From assembly GCA_013239625.1 (NCBI GenBank), contig MU054323.1:13563950-13627949 (forward strand): a DNA stretch of 64,000 nt, in the 5' to 3' direction. The notes beneath the pieces are model-generated. The model was not told where the DNA came from, did no database searches, and saw only the letters and a program-made list of their open reading frames with translations. Source of the DNA: Lama guanicoe (Eukaryota). Position numbers and translations under genes: made by a program. Of this stretch, positions 1 to 13,000 are shown piece after piece. Numbering within the stretch: the stretch's first letter is position 1; the number at the start of each line of letters is the position of its first letter.

Positions 1-1304
1 GAAAATTTAAAATTAAAAAAAAATGATTTCAAATGCTTTCCCTCAGCACAAATTTATCTATCTCCCTGTCTGGCACAGTTGGATATGTCATGGAGGAAAA
101 AATTTGTTTCTCCAAGAAATTCCTACATTCCCTACTACAGTAAATCATTATTTTCCGTAAGTAAAGGTTAAGAATGTGTATAAAATCAACACTCTCTACA
201 AAATCTAAGAACTTTAATATAACAAAACTAACAAGTGGTTTGAAATATCCTCTTTCTGAAGAATTTAATCTACGTCACAGAGAAGAAATTAAAGACAGTT
301 CTTTTATGGGGTTATAATTTGAAAAACTTCTAATGTAAAGCAGAAAATAAAGTGCAAATTTTAGAGCCATTGTGGAGAAATGTATCATTTGTTTTCTTAT
401 ATGCTTATATATGATAATTAATCTATTAACCATAAAAATTATATTTGTCGAAAGAATGAAACATATTCATTAAGGATGTTGTGGAGTCTGAGGATAGAAA
501 ACAGAGTAAAGCAGTAAGATACAAGTGAATACATTCTAAAGATATCATTTTAAGATATGAAACCTTGACAATTTTATTTCTAACTGGAAACTACTATACG
601 TACTAAACATATTTAACAGCATAAACCGACCAACACTTACAACTTTCAAGACAAAACTTAAAATCTTTAATGATAAATAAAAATATCTGAAATTGTCTTC
701 AAGCCTGAACATTTTAGAATGGTAAATGCTAGTCAAAGAATCTAATAAACAGGAAAATTAACAAAATGATCAAGGTAGCCTTTCAAAAATGGTTTTAGCA
801 ATCAAAAGAATGTGCTTATTTCAACAGCAAATAGAATATTTTTAATGGTAGGTCGTGAGTTGATTCTTTACTCTAAAAAGGCCAAATTAGTAGGAAAAGG
901 AAATACTGTTTCCTTTTACAAACATATCTTTATATTTTCAATTCACTTCCTTTTAAGAAAAATGTCTCTCATTCTCAGGAAGAAGAGAGAAACAAATAAA
1001 ACTGAACTAAAAGATCAGGGCCATTAATACAACTTTGCCTAATATACTGTGTAGCAATGGCTACACCCAGTGGCCAGAGATGCGTAGTGAAGCTTTCCAG
1101 CTATAAAATTACAGCAAAAGGTAAATTCGGAAATAGCTATTTTTCAATTTACCTAAGGTTTTAGGGTGAGGGTTATCTTCCACTACAAATTGTTTCAAGG
1201 AAACACTTGAGAATCTTTGGGAAACAAAGGCCTTACTTAGTTCATAAGCCTGAAACAAGTGCCCAGCATAAGTCTTAAAAAAGTGGCTAAAAGAAAACTC
1301 AAAC

Positions 1305-2443
1305 CAAAGAAAGAACATAGAGATACTTTATTGCTCACCTTTCACACAAAGCACACCTCCAGCCATTTTCTTTCACAGCTTGACAATATATACGTGTACA
1401 AAAACCCAGCAAGAAGCGTCATGTAGATTTCAGTAAAGGAGAGTGTCAAACATCAACTCAGCCAGGCTTTTGTTTTCTGCAGCAATAATAAAGGGCCTCC
1501 TGCTCTAAGCAAAAATCTGTCCTCTTACTTGGTAGTGCATTTCTTCCATTACAAAAAAGGTCTCCTGTCCAAAGCAAACTAACTTGTATTTGCTGAACCA
1601 GTGGTATTAATTCGTGCATAAAACAAATTTCAGTTTGCTGTTTCTTCTAGCAGATTTCAAGTAAAAAGAAGGTTGAAAGAGGAACTTGTTTTGAATGGAT
1701 GCAGGTCAGTTTGAATTATTATACTTAACTAAATGCCTACATGTACTATAGGTTCATAACTTAGTTTGCTTTTATAATCTTTATGGATTTTGGCCACGTT
1801 CAAGGTTTTCAGAGTTGAGCATATGGTACAGTGTTCCATCGAAAGGATAAGGCTACTGAATGTGTTATCTGCAGAAGAGCTCATTTAATAGGAACTGACT
1901 TAAATGTTCTATCATGAAGCAAGTGTTGCATAACCTCTCTGAATAAAAAGCCAATCAGGGCAGAACTGTGCTTGGAAAACAGGCATTAGAATACTTTAAG
2001 GAAAACACATTAAAACGGATTGTTAATATGAGGAGGGTTTCCTAGTTGTAAGTCTAAAAAGGTCTAGGAGAATCCTCATTTTTCAAAACCTCATATTGAA
2101 AACATGAAAACTACTTATTCAAGTAATTTCTTCAAAAGAGTATGCATGTCCTGACTGTGGAATTAGTCTGCTGGTCATTTAAAGGCAATTTTAATTACCT
2201 TTCAAGAAATTCTTCATACAAAGGAGAGATACTGTATGTGTTTCTCAAATAAACAGCATTATGTAAGTCCATTAAAAAAAAAAAAAAGAACAGTATTGAA
2301 TGAAGACCTACAAATGCTTACACCAAGCAGGAATCTGCCTGCCACCTGTGGTCTCACATTAATTCAAAATCAATGCTGGATTCAGGATTCTGAAACTAAA
2401 TTTCTATTACTTGAGCTCTAGCAAAATGTAAGGTTCTGTAGCC
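1305..2443 (-). other. FAM98A: FAM98A 3' UTR (~1.1 kb; 3' end approximate)
   Basis: Non-repetitive sequence between the stop codon and the polyA signal; includes a U14 tract (A run 2274-2287). Confidence 0.7.
1327..1332 (-). terminator. Polyadenylation signal AATAAA
   Basis: TTTATT on the + strand; UGUA ~65 nt upstream in the mRNA and a GU/U-rich element (TTCTTTCTTTGGTTTGAGTTTT) just downstream. Confidence 0.75.
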
Positions 2444-3109
2444 TCAACTAGTATAATGTCTTCCCTGTCCAAATCCAGAATGATTATACTGATAACCCCC
2501 ATGCTGGAAGTGCTGTTCAAACTGTCCCCCTTGGTGATAATTCTGGCTCCCTCTTCCTCCCCAACCTCCTCCCTGACCTGCACGACCCCCTCGGCCTCCA
2601 CGACCACCTCTCCCTCCACGACCACTGCCTCGATCACTGTGGTGCCCACCATCTTGGTATCTATTGTCCTGCTGATATCCACCACCCTGGTATCCACTTC
2701 CAGTATATGTAGACGCTTGGAAACCACCACTATAACCACCACCTTGATAGCCACCACTGTGGCCACCATGATAGCCACCTGGCTGGAAACCCGCATCTCG
2801 ATAACCACCATCTTGGTAGCCACCTCCTCCTCCACTCCCTCCATCTGTCCAGCCTCCTTGATGCTTATTTCCTCTTCCTCCCCCTCGGCCACCATGGTCA
2901 TAGCCACCACGTCCACCTCTCCCTCCTCCTTGTTCATGACCTCCTCGTCCTCCATATGAGGAATGTTCATAACCACCTCTCCCTCCTCCTCGGCCTCCTG
3001 CTTGCTGCTGGGGGCCATCTTGCCTTTTCTGCCATGGTGGCATCTCTGGGGGTGGAGGTTCAATTTCGTTGGGTCTACCTCCTCTGTCAGGCACTCTGCC
3101 CATCAATAC
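2444..3109 (-). CDS. FAM98A: FAM98A exon 8 coding part: VLMGRVPDRGGRP followed by the RGG/G-Y-Q-rich low-complexity tail, ending GRHYTS-stop
   Basis: ORF 2444..3106; CATAG acceptor; TGA at 2446-2444; the long RGG tail distinguishes FAM98A from FAM98B/C. Confidence 0.97.
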   Translation of the reverse strand, partial: VLMGRVPDRGGRPNEIEPPPPEMPPWQKRQDGPQQQAGGRGGGRGGYEHSSYGGRGGHEQGGGRGGRGGYDHGGRGGGRGNKHQGGWTDGGSGGGGGYQDGGYRDAGFQPGGYHGGHSGGYQGGGYSGGFQASTYTGSGYQGGGYQQDNRYQDGGHHSDRGSGRGGRGGRGGRGGRAGQGGGWGGRGSQNYHQGGQFEQHFQHGGYQYNHSGFGQGRHYTS

Positions 3110-3197
3110 CTATGGGATAAGAAAGACATTTTAAATTATTTTACTTTATAAACAAAAATAAATGTATCTGAAAGAAAATTAAAGGTACTCCAATCAC

Positions 3198-3365
3198 CTT
3201 ATTGATGGCACAGGCAGTCTTTTCTCTTATGGAGCCGCTGCTTGTCCTTAAAATCTTTGACAAGTCTTGTCTTGCGGCCAAAAGGTGTGCAACAGAAATA
3301 GTACTTTTGGGAGATAAGACTGAGCGTTTCGGCTGGTAAACCTTCGCTAATTTTTCTGTCTGACT
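3198..3365 (-). CDS. FAM98A: FAM98A exon 7 (SQTEKLAKVYQPKRSVLSPK...REKTACAINK)
   Basis: 168 nt; lies within ORF 3141..3386; GACAG acceptor, GTGATT donor; 88-nt intron to exon 8. Confidence 0.96.
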
Positions 3366-4500
3366 CTGTCGAAAGAAAATGTTCAAAGAATGTCAATTTT
3401 CAAGATGACATAGAAACAGTAAGTTAAGGATTTCCAAAATGTCTGATGAGAATATCTACTAGGCTCCAGATGAGAGAAAAAGTTACATACTCACCACTGC
3501 TCCTATCTAGTCAATTATTATCTTAAGAGCACAGCTGTCAGACTTGCTGATACAGCTGTATGTTGGGAGTAGGGGAGGAGGATAGAGGGGCTTCCCTTTA
3601 GGACTGTGGGACTAAAAACATTCCCCGTACCATTGGTCTCAGATCAAACATCTTCATTTTATCTATTTAAATATAAGAAGTAAATCCATTTCAACAATTT
3701 TGCTTTTTAATTTTCCCACCTGCTTACTATGAGATTAAAAAAAAGTTACCTGTGACTAATTTGAACTACACTGTCAACATGATATTTTTGCAAAAATGAC
3801 TCCCCACATAGTACTTTCCCCTGTTATAAATAATAAATAGGAAAAGAGTCTACTTTAACCATTTAGTAGAAGTAAATTTAACGCATTTTAAACGTAAGAG
3901 TACAAAAGATGAAAGAACAAAGGATATAAAGAAGTTCAGACAAGAGAAAATAAAGTTCTAATAAATATAAAACAAGTTTTCCAGACAGGAATCAATAAAT
4001 GCAAATTAAAGTAACCTAAATTTGGGGAAATGATTAACAAACTCTTAGGTACTAAATTTTAGAAGCAACAGTTATAACTACAATACCCAGGAGAATAGAA
4101 AGAACAAAAAATATTTGTTTTTAGTCTGTCAGTTATATGCAGGTACTCAAATACTGATGATAAATGTTTAAATTATATTATCTGAAAAAACAGGATGTAA
4201 AAAGGTACGTTTACTATGATTGTATACATGGACAAAGTAAGAAAGATAATACTAAAAATGAAAATAAGTATTGTGGTTAAGACAATGGGATGATCAGTGA
4301 CTTTTTATTTTTAAAAATCTTCTTTAATGATTAAAAGACTAAAGAGACTGCCATTCCATGACTTGTCTGAGGAATGTTTCCTGAATGTCTTATATTTCTT
4401 TTTCTTTTAGTCACTATTGTACCTACAATAAATGTTCAATGTTTGATGAATAGAAACAAAACATCAGAGAAAATAGTTTCATATATGTTTCAAATAAAAC

Positions 4501-4690
4501 TGATTTAAAATGCAATTTCAAAGTGAGATGTAAGTACATAAATCTCCTTATATGAAACAAAGTTCATGCTGTGCATACTGAAGTAATTTCTATACAGTGA
4601 TTTGAAATGAAGTTTCAAAGTGAGATATCACTATATAAATTCCATTAAATGAAACAAAAAATAAACTTGTGCAAGTTAAGTAATTTGTAG
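4501..4690. repeat. Diverged tandem duplication, period ~97 bp
   Basis: TGATTT.AAATG...TTTCAAAGTGAGAT...ATAAAT...ATGAAACAAA...TGTGCA...AAGTAATTT occurs twice. Confidence 0.8.
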
Positions 4691-5995
4691 TCCTTCCTTA
4701 TCAGCTCCAATATGTTAATCTATTTTGCAGAATCATTGTGTGTTATAGTTCCAAAGGATCTTAAATATCACCTAGATTGAACATGAAATTTTAAAGATGT
4801 CAAAAATGAGGAGAGTAAACAGAAGCTCAGACATACTCATCAGGACCTCAGAAGTGAAGTCCATTAATGGCAATGTCAAGACCAGATCCACAGTGCTAAT
4901 GCCTTGGGGTCAATGCACATCCATCAATCACTACATGCTTTTCTAGCTGAGAGGTGCAGATTACTGTTTTTGAAATATGTGTACTATGCCAAGAGTGAAA
5001 CGATTGTTTTTTTTCAAAAACAATTTAAAAGACTGCTATTTCCTCAACAACAGTCCAAAAAAAGAACAATTTACTCCTCATGTTACTGTGAGATCTTAGG
5101 CAAAGACTTCCATTTATCTGGGTCTCCATTTTTTTAGGTGCAAAATTTTTTAGGGAAGTTAAGACTGACCTCTAAGACTCCTTCCCAACAGTAAAATATT
5201 ACAACTCAATAAATTATCTACTCGATCAATTAGCAGTCAAACAGGACTATGGTATGGTTTAAAGATTTTAGGTGAAACTAACATATTAGAAAGATAGTTG
5301 AACTATTTCTCAGTCAATTAACTAAAATTCTGAGGAAAATCTACTTTCAAAAAATGAAGTTACTATTAAAAGAATATCTAATGTTAACATATCTGGACCA
5401 ACCTCCACATAAATTCAAGAATTAGTACCATTTCAGGGTTCCAAGAAAGTCAAATTAATCAATTGTGCCAATTAATCCCCACTTAGTGATAATATAGTAG
5501 ATATTTAATAAGCACCTGTTGAAATGACTAAGCCTTTACCTGGATTATCTCATTTGAGCTGAAATAAAATGAAGTCTTACCAGATTCCTCAATTTTCTAT
5601 AAATGGATCATAATATTTGGTCTTACTAAATCCAGTATTTCTAATATAATTATTTAATTAACAAATTAAACTGTTAGCTTAACGTATAGTAAACAAATAA
5701 TTTAAAATTCATCATTTTTAGTAATTTTCAGATACTCTCTCCTTTTCTCACATATGGGTACTTCCAGTAGGGCTTATAACATACAGCTTCATTGAAAAAT
5801 ATTTAAAAGCTGAAAAATGTTTTCATTAGCGCTAAATGGCTGAAAGAATTGCCACTCAGTAACTCACTAAAGAAAAATTCCTACGTGTACCTCCAATGTA
5901 TTTCTCTTACAGTCTCTACTGTACCTAAACTGTGCTAGGAAGTTTAAGGATCATGTCTATAAATACACTGCTCTTTTAGATTATTTAATGTGTAC

Positions 5996-6112
5996 CTTAG
6001 CTCTGTCAGACCAGCCAAAAGACTGGACAGTGACATCCAAACGTTTTATTAGCAGCTTTCTCCGAACTTCATATTCATTGGCTACGGCTTGGTTAATTGC
6101 TTCTATCTTTTC
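5996..6112 (-). CDS. FAM98A: FAM98A exon 6 (EKIEAINQAVANEYEVRRKLLIKRLDVTVQSFGWSDRAK)
   Basis: 117 nt; TTTCAG acceptor, GTACAC donor. Confidence 0.96.
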
Positions 6113-6664
6113 CTGAAACAAAATAAAAAAGACCAGTTAGAATTTAAATCTGTTTGACCCCCCACTCCAAAAGGGCAGAAACTGTATCTGTTTCATTCAT
6201 AACTGAATCCCCAGCACTTACCACAAAATAAATTAGGTTATTTAATAAATATAATAAAAAAGTGAAACGATAGGCATAACAACCTTGTCTTAAAACATAA
6301 TAAAGAATATGTGTAAAGTACAAAACTCTCATTTAGCTTTCCCATAATTTACTGTGTAAAGCTCAGCCCAGTGAAGTTTTTGGCCTGAAGGCAACCCATT
6401 TGGCAATTAGAAACATGCATCATACTGAACTTCAATTTATTTTAATCAGCTGTGTGAAATATTTATAAATTATGAAATAAATGTTTCCAATCTTACAAAA
6501 ATAAAATTATTCTGGATGAATCTTAAGATTTACAAATATGATTCTAAGGATGTCCACCTAGGAAACCACATATTAGAAAATATAAATTGAAAAGCACAAA
6601 CATAAATATCCTGAGATAGGTAGATGGTTCCTTACAAAGTTTACTCAGGATGATCACTACTCAC

Positions 6665-6745
6665 CCAGTGGGCCGGTCCCATTGGCTTCTTCAATAAAGG
6701 CTTTCCCACATGATTAGGTGGAACTTTTGCTAATGTTTCCTTTAA
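6665..6745 (-). CDS. FAM98A: FAM98A exon 5 (LKETLAKVPPNHVGKPLLKKPMGPAHW)
   Basis: 81 nt; GTCAG acceptor, GTGAGT donor. Confidence 0.96.
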
Positions 6746-6939
6746 CTGACACAAAAACATAAATGAATGAATAAACAAATCTAAAAGTAAAACACATCCT
6801 CCTCATCTTCCCAATTCCCATCATATCCTGCCATCAAAAGAAGATTCCTGACAGAGGCAAAGGTGGAGGATGTTTTGAAATGTACAGGACCCACATGATA
6901 AAGACACTCACTTGTCCCACTTCTCATGTGCCTATGAAG

Positions 6940-7020
6940 CATGAGTCCTTCACTGCACCTAGAACAGTGCCTGACAACAGTGGGCACTCAATGTGTATTT
7001 GCTGAATGAATGAATGAACA
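6940..7020 (+). mobile_element. L2 3' end fragment
   Basis: CCTAGAACAGTGCCTGACA...CACTCAATGTGTATTTGCTGAATGAATGAATGAA, the typical L2 tail. Confidence 0.75.
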
Positions 7021-7761
7021 CACAGAAAAATATGGACTATGGATACATTGCTGCTCCCCTGTAGAGTTCAGCCAAATTTGTGCATCATGACGTCCATCTA
7101 CCCCGCAATGGGAATGTACCAATTCTTAAGAGTCCAGCAGATATGCATATAGAGAATAACTCTGGTATAACAAATATCATTCTCTTCTTTTCATTAATTT
7201 TTCATGAAAATTCCTTGTTCCTAATCAATTATGTAAAAAACCTTAATTGTTGATAACGTGTGGTATAAAAATAACTCTGACTTATTTTCACATACTAGAT
7301 TATATTAGCAGTCAACATATTTAGTTTGCCAATTGAAACATGTAAGTGACTGGATTAAAATTACAAAACATTAACATCCTTTTCTGTCCAGTCAATGGGG
7401 AGAATAGTGGTAACATTTAATGATAAAGACTTTAAAATTAATTGCAACAAATTTCAATGATAAAATAATTTTTAAAAGGACTTAAGTCCTTATTGTTTTA
7501 CATTATATCTAGCTTATTTCAGTTTATAAATCAAAATGTAGTTTCTTTTCTGAAAAAGAAACATGCTAAAATGTTAAAAAAAAAGTTAGTAAAAATACCA
7601 ATTTCTCTTTAAGGTATCTAGGATTTAAAACCCCAAACTCAGAAACAACCACTTAATAATATGCACATTAGGTTCCCATTAAGAGAAAATAACTTGCTTT
7701 ATTTCAAACAATTGTAGGACTATGCCTTTAATATACCACAATTTGGTACTAAAGGTCTTAC

Positions 7762-7946
7762 TTTTTTTTCAATCCCGCTGAAGAATTGGAACATAGTTAT
7801 ATTGGCTGGAGGTTTGGACATTCCTAGAGCAATACATATGCCTTTCAACTCTTGAAAGACCTCACTACCGCCTCCTTCTTGAGCTTTTTTTGGAGGAGTA
7901 TTCACACAGAGCATTCTGGCAGCTTCTAGTTCTGAGATGAGGTATG
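7762..7946 (-). CDS. FAM98A: FAM98A exon 4 (TYLISELEAARMLCVNTPPKKAQEGGG...FFSGIEKK)
   Basis: 185 nt; lies within ORF 7720..7959; TTCAG acceptor, GTAAGA donor. Confidence 0.97.
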
Positions 7947-9175
7947 CTGAAGTAAACAAAATAAGATTTCAAAATGAGATACAGCTACAGTTAATAGTCA
8001 TAAGTCTGGAGTCACAACTCTATAGGCCTAATGATATGTAACTTTTAAAGCTGCAAGAATGGATAAAAACAAGAAAGGAAAACCATTTTTACCTGCAAAT
8101 GACATAATATATAAACTAGTTTTATAATTCAGTATTTAACCAATATATGTTTAAAGTTTGACTTAAAAGTGATTCTTTCCTAAAACCAAGGGATCAAGGT
8201 AGATCACATCTAAAAATCTGGATTCTTGCATTTCACTATTAAGGAGCCTCCAGAACAGGGGTTGGCATCTCTTAACAAATTTGCAAAAGGTAGCAGGTGG
8301 CAAATTTTCAGCAACAGTTAAAAAGGTTATTTATTTAATTTTTTACTTCTCACAACTCACACGTACCAGTGATATAACCATTTTGCCCTCTTACCTTCCA
8401 ATACTTAGGTAGTCAGTTGAGGGCTGGAGTGAAAGAACATTTTTAAATAGTCAAAGCTTCACTTACAAGAGAAGGGGGAAGGTACTAAATTCTCAAACAT
8501 TCCTTTTTCATGGTCTCCAGTAGCCTAATGTCACCCACTGGCTGTTAACAGAAAAGGCTTTTCCATCTGTATTCTTCTCACTATTTCCTTTCCTCCTACA
8601 TTCCTCATTCTCCCCTCCTCTAGGAGGGGGAAAAAAACCCCAAAAACTTTCTAATCATTTCTTGGCGGACTTCTTTCATATCAATAACATCCCCTTGTGT
8701 ACTGATTTCAACCAGGTATAACGAGGGCTGCAATCTTCTTCAGGTAATTCAGTTTAAGGTATAAATAGTCAATCTTATTCCTTTAACCTTCACAAGGACA
8801 TTTTTATAAAAGATGTTTATAATCATTTGGATCTCAGGATTTCAGGTTACGTGACAACATGAAAAGTTTTTGACATTAGGAAGAGAATTTTGAAAAAAGA
8901 CGTTTTCTGGGCTTTTAAGCCCTATTGTAAGTATAAAAGAACGATCAGCTTGAATATCTCACTTCCTACACCCAAGGTGTAATGTGAGAAGTACAGGGGT
9001 CATAATTTTAGCAGATCATTTCTAACAAGCTGCCAACTCCTATTCTAGAATAAACACAGCTAAGTTTCTGAAAAGGTCAGGTCATGCTAAATGGGTTTGA
9101 CAAATCTTAATGTGTTCCATATAGCAAACTGTATGAGTTAAAGATCAAAACAGTAAAACTCCACTGTCATGAAAA

Positions 9176-9361
9176 TAATCACTGTTTTTGCAAATAAGCT
9201 ATTATTGGAACCCTGTCACACTCTGATTCATTTACATGTCATCTGTGGCTATTTACATGCTACAACAGCAGAGTTAAGTAGTTCTGACAGAGACCTTATG
9301 GCTTATGAAGCTGAAAATATTGACTATCTGCCCTTTAAGAAAAAGTTTCCCAACCCTTGTT
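9176..9361. mobile_element. MER58-like hAT-Charlie MITE
   Basis: GCTACAACAGCAGAGTTAAGTAGTTCTGACAGAGACC...CCCTTTAAGAAAAAGTTTCCCAACCCTTG resembles the MER58 consensus. Confidence 0.75.
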
Positions 9362-11539
9362 CAAGAAAATCACATATTACATGATTTAATAAACTGGTCT
9401 CTAAATTTGGGACAACATAACTCAGACATTCACAGTATTAGTTCACCAATACAATCACCATCAAAAAACATTAACTGTAACTGATATATTCAAGTACTAG
9501 GAAAGACACTGGAGATATAATATACAACAAACAAAAAAGATTATATCTACTGACAATCTAGTTAGGAATAAAAAATATATGCATTAAAAAAAAAAACCTG
9601 ACTTATTTTACCTAAGGGAAATAAACTGACAACCAGAAAGGCCAATGAACAGCCAAAACAGTTCTTACCCTGACACATGAGAGTTTTTCAGCCTCTATAG
9701 ACTATTAGAGGATAGACTATTCTACTTCACTAAATATTCTAATGAGGTTAGTTTATTTTCCCCCTCAGAACAGAATGTATTAAAAGAGTCAAATCAGCTA
9801 AGGTAAGGGTGCTAGAAGTAAGTAAAATTATAGCATCAAGATGTGACAATTGATACTTGGAGAGATGAGACTTTCTATACAGAGCGAATAGAGAATGAGT
9901 ACATGTACATAAAAACATACTAGCATGAGAGAGGATACAAACCGAGGGGACTATTTTAGAAAGAGGAAACAGCAGAAGCACAGATAAAGAGGAGGGAAGG
10001 CAGCAGGGTGTATGCATGTGTGAAGACCTCCAAGAGCCAAATAAGTTTAGTTGATTTAGTCATTTAGTTGAGGAGCAGAGTTGTATGTTCTTGAAGATTG
10101 TCTGAAGTGACAGCAAATTAAAATACAGTTTATAATTATGACCCTGAGTCCAAAATAATAATGTTCGGTGCAGTCTGCTTAAGAAACAGGAAAGAGCTAA
10201 AGGCATTTTATAAAGATTTATATTCCAAGTGGTTTTTATAAGCATCAGCACTAAAAAGACCAAACTCTTAGGTCTTTGGAAGAATTCGCCATTCAGGGTC
10301 ATTACTAAGCTTTCCACACAGCTGTTGTCTTCCTACATAAGATAACATATTCTAAGTGCCAAATATTAGGTATTGGTAAGGATAAGCAGTGCTACAAGGA
10401 AGATTCAGTGAGTATACTGCGGCTGAGTCAGTTACAGAAATTATACAATTTGAAGGATAATGAATACATGCGTAAGAATTATATGCAGCAATATCAACAT
10501 CTAAAGCAAGAGCTAACATTATGTATCTATCCCCCCTCCCTTACCTCAGCCCCCACCCAGTAATAATCATTTGACAAAGGGGAAGAAAGTGATTTCAGAA
10601 TAACCTAATTCCTAAGTATAATGGCTATGAACAACTTCTTTAACTGAACCTTCAAAATTGGTGTTCTATCATTTTTCAGAAGCCAGAGTTCAGCTGTAAA
10701 GACAAACATTTAAAAGATCCTCTGAATTGTGTTTGTCATAATAAGAACTATAATATTCAGTTAACCAAAACTTAATCTAAATGTATCTCAGAATACTACA
10801 ACAATTCTGAGTTTAAGACTACTGGTGGTGGTTATTGGAGAGCTGATCTAAGGCAGTAAAACTTTTGAGTCTACTTACTGTTTTTCAGGTTGAAGAGAGA
10901 AATAGTAGTTAGTATATTAAAAAAAATGGAAGGAAAGAACTTTTCATAAAAATTTACTTTTCAAATGATCATTAAGTACAGGAACAATCCAAACAGTATT
11001 CCAGAAATGTCTACATTGTAATCTGACATGTTTACATAACAAAACCAAAATCCCCAATTACCCAGCCACAAAGAAACAGGAACAAGACAAAATACTTTAA
11101 ATAATTACATTTACCATTTACTGTGCCTAATGAATGATTACTGTCCTCAAATAAATTAACTTTTTAAAAAAACCTTCATTATTCCCACACTATCTTCCTA
11201 GTTTATTTTAAAATGTACTTCTGGTCTAGAACGCTAAGGTTTGATGACCACACACTCGGACAACCCTCCAGCACTACCTTTGGTCACGTTAGGTGAAACA
11301 CAGCAGGCTGAGCACTACACTGAACTTAAATGGATAAAAGAGTAGCAATTACAAAACAACACTGCTACCAGTGCATGAACCTACCATTAGCTTCTAAGTT
11401 AGAAATTTAACAAAGTTTTCTTTAAATTGTCTTCTGAATTAATAAACCCATAATGAAGCAAAACAATAAAACCCATTTTATTAGTCGTGGAAAATATAAA
11501 TAGAAGAGAGTAGCTACATTCTCGTAGCCATGAACTTAC

Positions 11540-11674
11540 TGAGCAAAAGGAGGCAGTTCTTCTGAATCAGAAGGCGCTTGGTCACATCCCCAGATGTCAG
11601 TGAAAGATATGGACAGTTCATCTCCCCCAGTAGCCCACTCACCTCAAGCTGGAATTCTTCAGCTTCACTTGGAC
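11540..11674 (-). CDS. FAM98A: FAM98A exon 3 (SPSEAEEFQLEVSGLLGEMNCPYLSLTSGDVTKRLLIQKNCLLLL)
   Basis: 135 nt; acceptor TTCTTAAAAG (AAG type); donor GTAAGT; reading frame continuous. Confidence 0.96.
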
Positions 11675-12799
11675 CTTTTAAGAATTAAAATAATTTTATT
11701 TAATATAAAAATTACTGTTTTCCCCATTAGCAAAATACTTATATATAAATTGAAAATTTTCATAGGATTTTTCCTAACACAAGTTCCTTCCTCCTAATTC
11801 ATCCTTTCTCACACCACTGCCAATTTTCTTTCAATAGTTTTCATTAGGTTGTTGCCTTATTTGAGAATCTTTAATGACTTCCTAATTTCTGCCTCATGTA
11901 ATCTAACTTTTTTATGTCTGTCTTTAAAGATTCTTCACAGCCTCTCTGCTTTGTCCTTCACAATACAGTGTTAGGTAGTAGTTCCTACTACATGTTTGTA
12001 GTAATTCCCTTCAATCTCCACAAATATTCCCTCTACTTGTGCCAGGTTGGTCTCCTCACACTGTCCCAGAAATGCTCAGTCTCATTTCTACTTCCGTGCC
12101 TTCACTTAAGTTACTCCCTGTGATTCATATGCCCTCTACTCTCTCCCCATCTATCAAACCCTACCTATCCACCAAAGCCCAGTGGTCCTGCTCCTTGATG
12201 AAATCTTCCCCAAGTCCTGCTGCCCTCACTGATTTCCTTCCCCTGTGAACCACAAAACCACAAAGAGAAGTTTAATTACTGTACTAATCCCCAGTTGTCT
12301 CATTTGTGCCTAAAACTCTGTTGGATGACATTTGAAGATCACAAACATGATTTGTAGTTCTGATTCCTATAACATGTCACGTACAGAGTTCCTTTGGTGA
12401 ACCAAGGAAAAGCAATGCTCTTTCTTCCTTACTATTTTGATGGTTCTCTATCCAATGTAACAGAGGGGTAAGATTTAATTAGCAAACTTGAGAGAGTCAC
12501 TCGACTTGAGTTCATTTTCTCATTTATAAAATGGGAAGACTTGTATTACCAACGTTTTGCAAGCTGTGTCTGTGAATTCCAGGGTGTCAAAGAACTCCAT
12601 TAGAGGCAGCTGGGGAGGAGAGACTTGTGGTGCTCAAAGTACTCCTTCTCAACTTCAACTAGAACCACATTTTCACCTGTTTTATATTGACTTCTATAAG
12701 ATGTTACCATTCAAACAAAGGGGCTCCAGATAATAAACAGTTACCATCTAGTATAGGTGTTTCCAAAGGCACCTACAATCTCTGAAATGTTAGGTCAAG

Positions 12800-13000
12800 A
12801 GGCAGTGTGAAGAGCACTGGCTCCCATACTTGACTGTTGGAGATTGAATCAGGGCTGTATCACTTACTGATTGTGACCTCAGGCAAAATACTTAACCTTT
12901 CCTTGTTTAATGTATATTAGTAATAAAAGCTACCTCCTAGGGTTGCCCTGAGGTTAACACAGGTAAAGTTCTTAGAACATGGCTAGTGTTCAGTAAGAGT
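12800..13000 (+). mobile_element. MIR SINE
   Basis: CACTTACTGATTGTGACCTCAGGCAAAATACTTAACCT core-like sequence. Confidence 0.65.

Noticed and set aside
2456..2959. 167-aa Ser/Thr-rich + strand ORF
   Set aside because: Antisense shadow of the low-complexity Gly codons of FAM98A exon 8.
8090..8545. Further splice-site-like pairs in intron 3 (donors near 8092, 8394, 8466)
   Set aside because: Several interchangeable weak combinations; cannot be distinguished from background without reads.
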